Of a stretch of DNA of 64,000 bases, positions 28,836 to 39,325 are shown in pieces (within the stretch, counting starts at the first letter, position 1; each line of letters begins with the position of its first letter). This DNA comes from an uncultured delta proteobacterium (GTDB lineage Bacteria; Desulfobacterota; RBG-13-43-22). A program made the translations under genes and the position numbers. The notes below the pieces were generated by a model. That model had not been told where the DNA came from, did not search any database, and worked only from the letters and a program-made list of their open reading frames with translations. The stretch is taken from assembly GCA_963790475.1 (NCBI GenBank), contig CAWBOS010000013.1, positions 192,001-256,000 on the forward strand, read 5' to 3'.

Positions 28836-30032
28836 ATGTCAAAGGTCATTTTACCGCTTTCCCGTTTTAAGGTCATTGATTTGACGGCGGCCCGGGCCGG
28901 TCCCACGGCCGTTCGAGTTCTGGCGGACTGGGGTGCGGAGGTAATCAAGATTGAACCCCCGCTGATCCGGGGATCCAATGCCAAGAGTGTTGAAACCCGA
29001 CGCCATGGTCCGGACTTTCAGAACCTGCATCGCAATAAGCGCAGTCTCACCCTGGATCTGAAAGCGGACCAGGGGAAAAGGATCTTTTTCAAGCTGTGCG
29101 AAAACACGGATGTCATTGTGGAAAACTTTCGCTCTGAGGTGAAATATCGACTGGCCATAGATTATGAGGCGGTTAAAAAAATCAATCCTCGTATCGTCTA
29201 TGGAAGTATTTCCGGTTTTGGTCAGGATGGTCCCTACCGCAAGCGGCCGGGTGTTGATCAAATAACACAGGGCATGAGCGGCTTGATGTCCATCACCGGC
29301 GAGCCGGGACGGGGACCCATACGCGTGGGGATCGCCATAAGTGATTCATCCGCCGGAATCTTGCTGGCCAACGGGATACTGATTGCCCTCCTGGACCGGG
29401 AAGTAACGGGCCAGGGGCGCTGGGTCCATACCTCCCTGTTGGAATCCATGATCAACATGATGGATTTTCAGGCAGCCCGTTGGACCGTAGCCAAAGATGT
29501 CCCCCGACAGGCCGGCAACGATCATCCAACCATGTCTCCCATGGGCGTTTTTGAGGCAGCCGATGGAAAGGTGAATATCGCCGCCGGTTCTCCGAAGATG
29601 TTCCGCAATTTTTGTGAGGTGCTGAACGCCCCTCATCTGCTAAAAAATCCCAACTATTCCAGTAACCATCAGCGTGTTCTCCATCGCCAGGAACTGAGCC
29701 GGGAGATCAATGAAATCACGGGAAAGATACCTATGGAGGTCCTGGTGGAAAAGCTGAATGGAGTAGGTTGCCCCTGCGGGCCTATTAATAGTATTGATCA
29801 AGCCTTTGCCGATCCCCAGGTTCGGCATCTGGAAATATCGAAACCGCTTGATCATCCAAGGCTTGGTCCGATGGGTTTGATACGCACCCCAATCAATATG
29901 CCTGATGTCCCCGGTGCCTCCGAGATCAGACAGCCGGCACCCGAATTGGGTCAGCACAGTGATGAGGTGCTGGCAGAGCTTGGCTATAACGAATCCGAAA
30001 TATCCGGCTTTCGAGAAGCAGGAATCATTTAA
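28836..30032 (+). CDS. CaiB/BaiF CoA-transferase
   Basis: ARAGPT, NLHRNKRS, GFGQDGPY and GVDQI. Confidence 0.93.
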   Translation: MSKVILPLSRFKVIDLTAARAGPTAVRVLADWGAEVIKIEPPLIRGSNAKSVETRRHGPDFQNLHRNKRSLTLDLKADQGKRIFFKLCENTDVIVENFRSEVKYRLAIDYEAVKKINPRIVYGSISGFGQDGPYRKRPGVDQITQGMSGLMSITGEPGRGPIRVGIAISDSSAGILLANGILIALLDREVTGQGRWVHTSLLESMINMMDFQAARWTVAKDVPRQAGNDHPTMSPMGVFEAADGKVNIAAGSPKMFRNFCEVLNAPHLLKNPNYSSNHQRVLHRQELSREINEITGKIPMEVLVEKLNGVGCPCGPINSIDQAFADPQVRHLEISKPLDHPRLGPMGLIRTPINMPDVPGASEIRQPAPELGQHSDEVLAELGYNESEISGFREAGII

Positions 30033-30081
30033 AAAACCTCTGAGAACTCTGTGGGCTCTGTGAGAGACGAATGGAGAAAAA

Positions 30082-30876
30082 ATGCAACTAAATACCGACA
30101 AAATGCTTGCCGAAAAAGAAGGCCCTATCGGCTGGATTACCTTTAACAATCCGTTGAGGAGGAATGCCGTCTCACTGGAGATGTGGCAGGCTCTGGGTGT
30201 TATACTCACCAACTTTCAACAGGATGGGGATGTACGTGTGGTGATACTGAAAGGGGCCGGGGATAAGTCCTTTGTATCCGGGGCGGATATTTCGGAATTC
30301 GAAACGAAGCGTAATTCGGCCGCCGCCAGTGAAGCCTATGCAAAACAATCGGCCAAGGCCTACTCCATGCTGTACAAACTGGACAAACCCCTAATGGCCA
30401 TGATTCAGGGCTATTGTATCGGCGGTGGTCTGGCGGTCGCCCTGAATGCGGATCTCCGTTTTGCAACCCCTGATTCGACGTTCGGCATTCCGGCGGCAAA
30501 ATTGGGACTCGGATACGGCTTCGGAGCCGTGAAAGCCCTGGCCGACCTGGTAGGACCGTCCTGTACCAAGGATATCCTGTTCTCGGCCCGCTTTCTGGAC
30601 GCGGAGGAGGCCTTACGAATCGGTCTTATCAACAAAATCGTATCGAAAGATGAACTGGAAGCGACCGTACGTGATTACGCGAAGATGATTGGAGACAACG
30701 CGCCCTTAACCATAAAAGCGGTCAAGGCATCGGTAAGGGAATTGTTAAGGGACCCCGAAAAGCGCGATCTTGAAAAACTCAATAGACTGATTAATCAGTG
30801 CTTCGATAGTAAAGACTATGCCGAAGGCCGCCGGGCCTTCATGGAGAAACGCAAACCGGTTTTTACAGGCGAATAA
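30082..30876 (+). CDS. Enoyl-CoA hydratase family protein
   Basis: FVSGADISEF, GYCIGGG and FGIPAAKLGLGY. Confidence 0.92.
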   Translation: MQLNTDKMLAEKEGPIGWITFNNPLRRNAVSLEMWQALGVILTNFQQDGDVRVVILKGAGDKSFVSGADISEFETKRNSAAASEAYAKQSAKAYSMLYKLDKPLMAMIQGYCIGGGLAVALNADLRFATPDSTFGIPAAKLGLGYGFGAVKALADLVGPSCTKDILFSARFLDAEEALRIGLINKIVSKDELEATVRDYAKMIGDNAPLTIKAVKASVRELLRDPEKRDLEKLNRLINQCFDSKDYAEGRRAFMEKRKPVFTGE

Positions 30877-31127
30877 TTAAAGGTTCGGAACCTTTTCAAT
30901 CCTGTCCCTGTTCTCAACCATTTCCCCCGATGATAGATATTTTTACTCTTCCTATTTATAAAAAAACGGAGGTTTGAGGATTACAAAAATTTTAAGTTTT
31001 TCAATAGGTTAATAGCTTATTTATTCCAGGTGGATATATAGGACACTTGATTTGGTAAAATAATGTCTTAACTTTAATAGATAGAACTGCGTCTATTGTT
31101 TTAGTAGAAAAGTCCCAAAGGGAAAAA

Positions 31128-31784
31128 ATGAAATCATTGAAGCTATTCATAATGATATCACTGGCATTTTTGGCGGTTTTTACTGCCTGGAATGTCGAGG
31201 GGGGTGTGTTAGTTCCCCCGACCTGGCTTCCGGAGAAAAGTCCTTTTTCCGATGCGTTTTCCCAACCATCCGCCATCTTAGGGCTGGATTATGAGGCAGT
31301 CCTCCTCGGAGTGAGCCCCCTGTCCCATCCCTTCCTCAAGATAATCATGGAGGAAACCGCCCAGCAAATAGTACCGACAGTGCCTCTACCGACAGGCTTC
31401 AAGGCCAATAAAATGAAGGATGGCGGTGACAGCCTCTTTGCCGTTAAGAGGTCCTTTTATGGCTATTTCTGGGATACCTCCGGAAGGATCAATGATACCA
31501 ATGGTAAACATGAAATCGCCGATGTCGCCTACACTTTCGGTCGGGCTACCCCTCATATCTATTTAGGCCATGAAAACACCAAAAACAGCGATGACTGGAA
31601 AGTTGCCAACGAAGACATTACCCGGATGATGTACGGTGTCAGCCTCGATTACAAGGTGACCAACGCTTTTTATGTAATTCCGGTATTTACTTATTATGAT
31701 TGGAGTGGACAATCGGAGGTTTCCTCTAAACCGGGGCTTAACAAAGAATGGATTGGCGGACTTCAATTTCGGTTCATATTCTAA
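31128..31784 (+). CDS. Short porin-like protein, possibly internally deleted
   Basis: Signal peptide; C-terminal beta strands ending GLQFRFIF; only 218 aa. Confidence 0.55.
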   Translation: MKSLKLFIMISLAFLAVFTAWNVEGGVLVPPTWLPEKSPFSDAFSQPSAILGLDYEAVLLGVSPLSHPFLKIIMEETAQQIVPTVPLPTGFKANKMKDGGDSLFAVKRSFYGYFWDTSGRINDTNGKHEIADVAYTFGRATPHIYLGHENTKNSDDWKVANEDITRMMYGVSLDYKVTNAFYVIPVFTYYDWSGQSEVSSKPGLNKEWIGGLQFRFIF

Positions 31785-31859
31785 TATACTTTAAAATATT
31801 CTCCTCTTTTCTTCTCCTGCGGTAGAAGCCCTTAACCTTGACGACCGAGAGGCGCGATC

Positions 31860-32366
31860 TTAGAGTCCCTCTTCTTTGTACTCTGCGGCTAATTTGACCA
31901 TACCTTCCGGTGCTTCCTGCAGCCATTTCTGCATCTGCTGCTGGGAAACGTGTCTTTTGATTTCTCCCGGAACCCCGACCACAAATGAGTTATCCGGGAC
32001 TTTCATCCCCTGGCTGACCAGGCAATTGGCGCCAATCACACAGTAGTTCCCTATCTCCGCGTCATGGAGAAGGGTGGCATTCATACCGATGAGGACATTA
32101 CTTCCTATGCTGCTACAATTAATCACCGCACAGTGCCCGATATGCACATTGTCGCCAATCGTCAGGCCGGTACCATGAATGACCGCATTATCCTGGACAT
32201 TGGTATTCCGGCCTATTTTTGCATAGCCTTTGTCAGCACGAATTACCGCCCCCGGCCATACACTTGAGTTCTCCCCAATTTCTATATCACCAACAACATA
32301 AGCCGCTTCGCTGATAAAAGCTGACTCAGCTATTTTCGGGTCCTGGCCATTGAAACTTCTGATCAT
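31860..32366 (-). CDS. Gamma carbonic anhydrase family protein
   Basis: Hexapeptide repeats; VIRAD, NVQDNAVIH and IGH. Confidence 0.9.
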   Translation of the reverse strand: MIRSFNGQDPKIAESAFISEAAYVVGDIEIGENSSVWPGAVIRADKGYAKIGRNTNVQDNAVIHGTGLTIGDNVHIGHCAVINCSSIGSNVLIGMNATLLHDAEIGNYCVIGANCLVSQGMKVPDNSFVVGVPGEIKRHVSQQQMQKWLQEAPEGMVKLAAEYKEEGL

Positions 32367-32428
32367 TCCTGTCTCCTTATTTCTTATCTTGATTTAGGGA
32401 TGAGCTGATTTCTTCTTGGATTGGTGGT

Positions 32429-32893
32429 CTAGAAGGTCTGCGCCATTTCAGGGGTCAGAATCCAACGAATCGCCCATTGCTTATTCTCTTTTTGCTCCAG
32501 GCAATTTATGGCCCCGAAACGAAAGAGTACGGGACGGATATTCTCATCTCCGGTGATCAAATGGGAAGTCAGTTTTTCCAAATGGGGGAGATGTCCGACA
32601 AGCATCAGTTCCTTTTCACTTTGATTTATTTTATCAGCCCAGAGTTGTATGTCATCCAGGGGGGCCATACCCTGGGCTGTTTCAATCGATTTGTCCAAGG
32701 CCCCTCCCACGATCGCCGCCGTCTGTTCGGCCCTTAGCTTTCCACTATGATAAATTTTGGAAGGATTTAAGGTCATTTTTTGGGCTATGTTAGCCACACT
32801 TTTAACTTCATTTTCCCCCTTTGGCGTCAAACTCCGCTGGGGATCTTCGGCCTCTGTTTTGGCTTGGCCATGCTGAACCAGATAAAGTCTCAT
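32429..32893 (-). CDS. sixA: Phosphohistidine phosphatase SixA
   Basis: LYLVQHG, HSGKLRAEQTA and LVGHLP. Confidence 0.9.
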   Translation of the reverse strand: MRLYLVQHGQAKTEAEDPQRSLTPKGENEVKSVANIAQKMTLNPSKIYHSGKLRAEQTAAIVGGALDKSIETAQGMAPLDDIQLWADKINQSEKELMLVGHLPHLEKLTSHLITGDENIRPVLFRFGAINCLEQKENKQWAIRWILTPEMAQTF

Positions 32894-33028
32894 GTCCCCT
32901 CCCGTTAATTATCTTAGTGAACTTCTCCAATGAAATCCCCGTCCAGTTAAACAATTCCTCCGGTCAAATTCTTCGGTATAACAAATCAGCAGGGACTTAA
33001 TTGTTTTTTCGTTTATCCCGATATTTTA

Positions 33029-33274
33029 CTATTTCTTTCTAAATTTAGGGTCACTTAAAAGTAAGGCAACCCCTGCGATTGCTGTAATTGAAATGATTTC
33101 TAATATTACTCTTTGAAAATCAACCACGGCCGGGGATAAAGGAGACCAAATCAAGGTATAATAATTAATCGAAAACTCTTTCCCCTCGGTTATAAATCTC
33201 CAAGGCACATAAATAGAAACGATAGCCACAAGTAGGCAGTAAACGATTAAGATAATTTTCCTGGTATTATTCAT
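33029..33274 (-). CDS. Small two-TM membrane protein, AT-rich
   Basis: RBS AAGGAG; two hydrophobic helices; YVPW. Confidence 0.6.
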   Translation of the reverse strand: MNNTRKIILIVYCLLVAIVSIYVPWRFITEGKEFSINYYTLIWSPLSPAVVDFQRVILEIISITAIAGVALLLSDPKFRKK

Positions 33275-33328
33275 TTTCTTTTCTCCTTTTAGGTCCTGAC
33301 CTGATAGGTTATTTTTCCACCAATAAAA

Positions 33329-33508
33329 TTAACGCTCGACTTTTACAATCCCCACCTTGTTGACCCCGCTACAGGCGATGTAAAGAGTTCCTTCCGAGGT
33401 AGATACCCGCTTCACCCTTAAATCCCTTGATCGGGGATCCAACCGACCCACGGAGTTACCTCTTTCAGCCGTAAACCAAATAATACCCTTATGATCAAAG
33501 ACCAGGCT
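33329..33508 (-). pseudogene. Vgb-family lyase (beta-propeller) remnant
   Basis: SLVFDHKGIIWFTAERGNSVGRLDP joined to EGTLYIACSGVNKVGIVKVER*. Confidence 0.65.
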
Positions 33509-33593
33509 GTTTCACCAAAAGCGCTTCAAGAAACAGTCCATTCCCTAAAAGGCTTTGGCGACAGTAGCTTATGGATTTTCCCCTATTTCGCAC

Positions 33594-34637
33594 TTAGACG
33601 ATAAGAACGGGGATCGCGTGCTCCAGCACCCCGTTGTTGCCGTATCCCAAAACATTCCACTGCGCGTTATAAGGCTGCTGACGGCCCTCGGTATCCGTTG
33701 CCCGAGACATCAGGGTGTACTCGCCCTTTTTTCCCACTTCCCACAAGTACTGCCATTGTCGCCAAGCGAACGGCTCGTGAGGACCGATAAAGGCCGCCCG
33801 GTTCCATGTTTGTCCGCCGTCCACCGAAACATCAACCCCTTCCACATTGATCGGACCGGCGTAGGCCGCTCCCAGGATTGTCACCATGCCCACAGAAAGT
33901 TTCTCTTCTTTGACCGGTTGGGTGATGATGGACTTTAATTTCAGACGGGTTACCACCTCACCGGATTTGGGATCTTCTTCCTTTTGAAACACGCGATAAA
34001 CCTGGTCCATGAAAAAACCTTCAAAGGGCTTGTCCAAGACCTTGATTTTGCAAAGCCACTTCACACAGTTGGCGCCTGTCCAGCCCAAGGCCAAGGCCCT
34101 TAAAGGAAACCCATGTTTTGGCGGCAGAGGTTCGCCGTTCATCTCGTAGGCCAGGAAGGTTGATGACCTGGCCTTCTCAATCGGGATGCTGCGGATAAAT
34201 TGCACCGGTTTGGCGCCCAGAGGTTTATCCAACCCTTCAAAAGCAACATGCCGCGCGCTTTTTTTCAAGCCAGTTTTGTTCAACAGATCCCTCAGCCAGA
34301 CTCCACCCCAAACGGCATTTCCAACACCGCCGATGGTCCAGGGATTTCCCGAGGCCTTTTCTTGCAGAAGGGAACGGCTGTTCCCTGAACATTCAAGGGT
34401 GTTCACAATGGTTTCCTTGGGCATCCGGTAGATCTGGTCGAAATTGAATCTTAGAGGCTCTTCCACTTCCCCCTCGATGATGAGCTCCCACTCGGAGAGG
34501 GCTATCGGTTTCTCAGGGATTTCACCCTGATTGCGATCGAAAAAGATTGAATTGGCCGTAATCCACGACCGGAGATATTGAATCGGACTTTCCGCGTTTA
34601 ACGGTTTTTCGCTCATCACACGCATTTTCTCTTCCAC
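33594..34637 (-). CDS. Sulfite oxidase-family molybdoenzyme, no signal peptide
   Basis: PLNAES, LECSGN, AYEMNGEPL..HGFPLR, VKWL, SRATD and GYGNN; GTG start after AGGAGG. Confidence 0.9.
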   Translation of the reverse strand: MEEKMRVMSEKPLNAESPIQYLRSWITANSIFFDRNQGEIPEKPIALSEWELIIEGEVEEPLRFNFDQIYRMPKETIVNTLECSGNSRSLLQEKASGNPWTIGGVGNAVWGGVWLRDLLNKTGLKKSARHVAFEGLDKPLGAKPVQFIRSIPIEKARSSTFLAYEMNGEPLPPKHGFPLRALALGWTGANCVKWLCKIKVLDKPFEGFFMDQVYRVFQKEEDPKSGEVVTRLKLKSIITQPVKEEKLSVGMVTILGAAYAGPINVEGVDVSVDGGQTWNRAAFIGPHEPFAWRQWQYLWEVGKKGEYTLMSRATDTEGRQQPYNAQWNVLGYGNNGVLEHAIPVLIV

Positions 34638-34910
34638 GCCTGTTCCCTCCTTTCCATAGACCCTTGACCGCATCAAGGGGTTAGACGATTCATGCGTTTC
34701 TCATAAACGGCCTGATGCCCAAACTGCCCCGCAAGAATCATTGCCGGGCGATGAGGCCTTCCCCATACCGAATCTGTCAAAGGATCACCCCCGTTAAATT
34801 GATTGACAAGAAGTTATTTTTGGATGGGTAGAGTATAAAATAAGAAAATGACCGGGTCAAAGGAAAAAGGCATAAAAAACAAGATTGGGTTGGTGTTTCC
34901 AAATGGTTTT

Positions 34911-35338
34911 TTAAAATTCTGCATATCCCGTACCCAGGTAGGCCTCGATGACAGCCTGGTTGCTGCCTACTTCCATCCGCGGCCCCTCGGCGATTTTCTG
35001 CCCATAGTTGAGTACGACCACCCGATCGGAGATATTCATGACGACCTTCATTTTATGTTCAATCAAAAGAATACTGATTCCCTGTTTTCGCACATTTTGA
35101 ATAAGGGTCATCATACTGCTGTTCTCTTCTTCGGAAAGGCCCCCCATGGGCTCGTCCAGGAGCAGTAGTTTGGGTTGGGTGGCCAAAGCCATACCAACGG
35201 CCAAACGTTTCTGAGACTCATGGGGAATGTTGTTGGCCAGATCCGAGGCCCGCCCCTGAAGGCCGATGAATTCCAGCATCTCTTCAGCCTTCTGGCGGCA
35301 GCGGCATTCATCCTCTCGGCAGCGGCGAGTTTGGATTT
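34911..35338 (-). pseudogene. C-terminal half of a LivG-type ABC ATPase
   Basis: LLLLDEP, LLIEH, VVVLNYG and VIEAYLG; Walker A absent. Confidence 0.8.
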
Positions 35339-35707
35339 AAACAACATAACGGATACATTGAAGCGGAGAGTAAACCCGGCAAAGGGACCACCTTTAATAT
35401 CTATCTTCCGAAAACGGAAACAATAGAGAAGGATATCGGAGAAGCCAGTGAAGACCTCGCCCGGGGATCAGAGACCATCTTGGTGACCGAGGATAGTCAG
35501 GAGGTTAGAAGATTCATCAGGGAGATACTGACTAAGAAAGGCTATGCCGTCATAGAGGCCTTTGACGGGGAACAGGCGGTCCAGAAATACAGGGAATATC
35601 AAAAAGACATCGACCTTCTCCTCCTGGATGTGGTCATGCCCAAAAAGAACGGTCAGGAAGTTTATGAAGAGATAAGGACAATTCACTCCTGTGCCGCGTC
35701 GCATTAA
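35339..35707 (+). pseudogene. Hybrid histidine kinase fragment (end of HATPase plus partial receiver)
   Basis: KQHNGYIEAESKPGKGTTFNIYLP...GSETILVTED...LLDVVMPKKNG; truncated at both ends. Confidence 0.8.
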
Positions 35708-35991
35708 GAGACAACAGCATCGACCCAACGAGTTTTACTGCAATCCGACTTGTCTCCGGAGCGGTAATGCTTTGGCTGGTCGCGCGAAGGGGTCGCCCCC
35801 CCTGCCCTTCATCTTATCTTTCTGCTTGATCCTGTTCTTTCCTTGTCTTATACTCTTCCCATGAAAAGGTAGCTTTTTGTCAATTAGTGATTCGGGCTTG
35901 CTTGGCCTTTGGCAAATCGAGCGATAATATTTTTCTTATATTTATCTCCAGAAAAATGATCATTTTTGATCAGTGTTAAGGAGGGACCAAT

Positions 35992-37470
35992 ATGGATAAT
36001 CCTGATAAAGGCATGGAAAAGCTTTTAGCTATTGAAAAAAGCCTGAATGGAATGATTGATCTTCATCGGCTGGTTAATGAATTAAAGGAAATGGAAATCA
36101 ATCAACAAAGAATTATCGAGGAACTTCAGGGCAATGTCAACAAATACAAAACCTTCCTCCAAAATATCCCCCTGAGATTCTTTATCAAGAACACGGATTT
36201 ATCCTATAGATACTGCAGCCGGAGCTATGCGGATGACCTGAAAAAACTACCCGAAGAAATTATCGGGAAGACGGATCGAGATTTCTTCCCGTCCGACTTG
36301 GCTGAAAAATTCATGGGAGACGATAAAAAAGTTCTCGAAACCGGTGAGCTGGAAATTATCGAAGACCAATATATCGTTGACGGTCAGGAGTCTATCGTTA
36401 ATATGGTCAAAGCTCCCCTCAGGGATGAGAATAGAAACATTGTTGGCTTGATAGGCATATTCTGGGATATCACCAAAAGGAAAAATAGAGAAGAAGAAGC
36501 ATTGAGATACCGTGCCCAGATCGAAGGCCTTTTGTCCAGCCGAACGGATGAACTGGAAAAAACAAGCCAGCTGCTTCAACAGGAGAGTTCAGAGCGCCGG
36601 CAAGTGGAGGAGAGACTAAGGCAGACGGAGGAAATCCGTCAGACCATTTTTGAAGGGACTGAGGCAGCCTTCGCCGTGCTCAGTGAAGAGGACATGATTA
36701 TAATGCAGGCCAACAGAAAATTTGAGGAAGTCCTGGGAATCCATCGGGAAGAGATGGAAAACAAGAAATCCTTGTTGGAATTCATCGCCGGCGGTGATTT
36801 AGAGAGAATAAAGGAACAGTGTCTGACCATCAGATCAGGTTCGGATAGCCTGCCGGCGGGGGTGCCGGCGGGTCGAGAATATCAGTTCGTTGACCAGCAA
36901 GGGAACCGGAAAGACATCTTGGTGACCATGGCCCTGATTCCGGGAAACAGGAGGATTACGGCCTCTTTCCTCGATGTCACCGAACGCAACCATTTGGAGA
37001 AGGCTCTCCAGTGGTCGGAAGAAAGGCATCGAGGGTTGATTGAAAAGGCTCCTGTGGCCATCGGTGTGATTCAGAAGGGAGTATTTAAATTCATCAACCC
37101 CAGGGTCATTGAGATATTTGGATATTCAGAGGAGGAGCTCACTTCACGGCCGGTATTGGAATTCATTCATACCGATGATCGGAAGATCGACAAACTCCTC
37201 TTCAAAGAATCGAACGATGGAGAACTCCATCACCTCTTTTTCTTCAAAATCGTCCACAAGGATGGAACCATCCGCTGGGTCGAAGATAGGGTGGACTTGA
37301 TTGATTGGGAAGGAAGCCCGGCGACCATAAATTTTTTCACTGATATCACTTTACGAAAGCAGGCCGAAGACGAATTGCTCAACTCCATCCGGCCCTTTCG
37401 CGACCTAATTGAAAAGGCACAAAGGGTCATGACCACGGAACAGGGCCAGGTCGGCGAAAAGCCAGAGTGA
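35992..37470 (+). CDS. Multi-PAS protein with no output domain
   Basis: Three PAS/PAC repeats ending WDIT, LDVT and TDIT; RBS AAGGAGG. Confidence 0.85.
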   Translation: MDNPDKGMEKLLAIEKSLNGMIDLHRLVNELKEMEINQQRIIEELQGNVNKYKTFLQNIPLRFFIKNTDLSYRYCSRSYADDLKKLPEEIIGKTDRDFFPSDLAEKFMGDDKKVLETGELEIIEDQYIVDGQESIVNMVKAPLRDENRNIVGLIGIFWDITKRKNREEEALRYRAQIEGLLSSRTDELEKTSQLLQQESSERRQVEERLRQTEEIRQTIFEGTEAAFAVLSEEDMIIMQANRKFEEVLGIHREEMENKKSLLEFIAGGDLERIKEQCLTIRSGSDSLPAGVPAGREYQFVDQQGNRKDILVTMALIPGNRRITASFLDVTERNHLEKALQWSEERHRGLIEKAPVAIGVIQKGVFKFINPRVIEIFGYSEEELTSRPVLEFIHTDDRKIDKLLFKESNDGELHHLFFFKIVHKDGTIRWVEDRVDLIDWEGSPATINFFTDITLRKQAEDELLNSIRPFRDLIEKAQRVMTTEQGQVGEKPE

Positions 37471-38045
37471 AACGAAATGATTCTGTAAAAAGAACTGTAA
37501 TGCGATTATAGAAGGCAAGAAGGCCCTTTTTCACAGGGGTGAGCCGGCGAAGGTATCTGTGACCTTTTAATCGGGGACCCTTTCATTCCTTTTCCGCCTG
37601 ATAAGGTCGGAATCAAACCCGCTTCAGGTCTGCGGTCCTGCAATTATAAATAGGTGTCGCGTCAATTGACCCTTGGCCGATTGCCTGGCGGATGGTATTT
37701 GGATCTCCATAGAGAGTTGCAGGACGTGGTTTATTAGATCCGACCATCGGGCTAACCGTCTGCCAGAGGACCGGGTCAACGGATTTGCCGTTTTCCCGGA
37801 CCCAGTCAGGAATGGGTTTCCCCGCTTCCTCCCCATTTTTCCATCAACCGGAAATCAATAAATCCACTAACATGACAAAGCGGAGGAAATTTCTTTAGAC
37901 TTCTCCGAAACTATTTGGATTGGCTCCTTTATTAAATAATACTCTATTTCCCCAGCAAAAATACAGCCTTCACCCTATTCACCCTTTTAATGACTGCTGG
38001 TAGGTTAATAAAATATTGATAACCCTATTTACAAGGAGGTTTGTG

Positions 38046-38585
38046 ATGGCCAAAGCAAAGAGCAAAAAAGGCAATATGGACATGGAAGCAGTGATGAAAA
38101 TCTATAGGAAAGTGGGAATTCCGGGTGCGGCTCACCAGCGGCTGGCAAGAATGGAGGGAAGTTGGATCACCAAGATCACGGCTTCGATGGGCCCCGATAA
38201 CCCCCCCATGGAATCCAAAGGCACCTGCAAACAGAAAATGATCCTTGACGGGCGATTCCTGCAGCAAGAGTATACCGGTGATATGATGGGGACTACATTC
38301 AAAGGTATCAACCTCATCGGGTATGACAACCATACCAAGAAGTATGTGTCGATTTGGATCGATTCGATGAGTACCGCCCTTTATTATTTTGAAGGGACTG
38401 CCAGCCGAAATGGGAAGACCATTACCCAGGTAAGCCTCTACGACGACCCGGCCCGGGGTCCCATGACCTGGCGCAGTGTGACCAGGATCGTAAATGATAA
38501 TACCGTGGTCTATGAAATGTATAACAAACCCAAAGGGGGCAGGGAAGAGAAGGAGATGGAGATGACCTTAACCCGGAAAAAATGA
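38046..38585 (+). CDS. DUF1579-family protein
   Basis: PG.AH..L, GRFLQQEY and GYDNHTKKYVSIWIDSMST. Confidence 0.85.
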   Translation: MAKAKSKKGNMDMEAVMKIYRKVGIPGAAHQRLARMEGSWITKITASMGPDNPPMESKGTCKQKMILDGRFLQQEYTGDMMGTTFKGINLIGYDNHTKKYVSIWIDSMSTALYYFEGTASRNGKTITQVSLYDDPARGPMTWRSVTRIVNDNTVVYEMYNKPKGGREEKEMEMTLTRKK

Positions 38586-38626
38586 CGCCCTCTCGGTCGG
38601 ATGAGGCAGGAAGAAGGGGACAGGGA

Positions 38627-39105
38627 ATGAATACCGGAGGATTATCCAGGACGAGGCTCGGCCACATGCACGATGTCATGGCCGGCCATGTCGCGAGGCC
38701 AATATCGACCGGCCGGCCACCTGCTACCAGCCCGATCCCACGACCGGCAGGCTCGCCTTATTCGACGACGCCCGTGGCGGACTGTTTTCCCGCCCTCCCC
38801 TTTTCGAATCCGGCGCCGGCGGGCTGGTCTCAACGGTCGATGATTATCAGGCCTTTTGCCGGATGATGCTCAATTGGGGAAAACACGGCCGCAAGCGCAT
38901 CCTGTCCATGATAACCCGGCGCGACGATCTGGCGGGAGTCCCCGGACGGTTCGGGTGGGACGGCGGCTATGGAACCTCCGGATATTCCGACCCCAGGGAG
39001 GATCTGGTCGCGATCCTGTTGACTCAGGTCCTCTGGCGATCCCCCATCCCTCCGGCTGTCCAACTCGATTTCTGGACCTCGGTCTACCAGGCGATCGACG
39101 ACTAA
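38627..39105 (+). pseudogene. Serine hydrolase (beta-lactamase family) with two internal deletions
   Basis: MNTGGLSRTRL.HMHDVMAGHV / FESGAGGLVSTVDDY / GRFGWDGGYGTS...DFWTSVYQAIDD; SxxK region missing. Confidence 0.8.
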
Positions 39106-39325
39106 GGCGGCTCATGGCGAGGGACTCGCGCATTCAGCTCCCCGGATACCGGGTATTGTTACTATTATTTTTCGAAGCTCACCGATCGAATGGAAACAAA
39201 AGACGATAATGAACTTGGGTAGGGATCGCAGCCCCATCAGGCCAACGGTGTGAAGGTATGGGGGATGAGCGAGTGTCTCAAAAACCACGAACATTTCAGG
39301 CGAACCTCATCGATAGGGCTTTAAA

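Noticed and set aside
34680-34800. Moco riboswitch upstream of the sulfite-oxidase-family gene
   Set aside because: I could not match the motif by eye; an Rfam scan is needed
37600-37850. Possible minus-strand gene remnant (IPDWVRENGKSVDPVLW)
   Set aside because: Looks protein-like, but I cannot assign a family or boundaries
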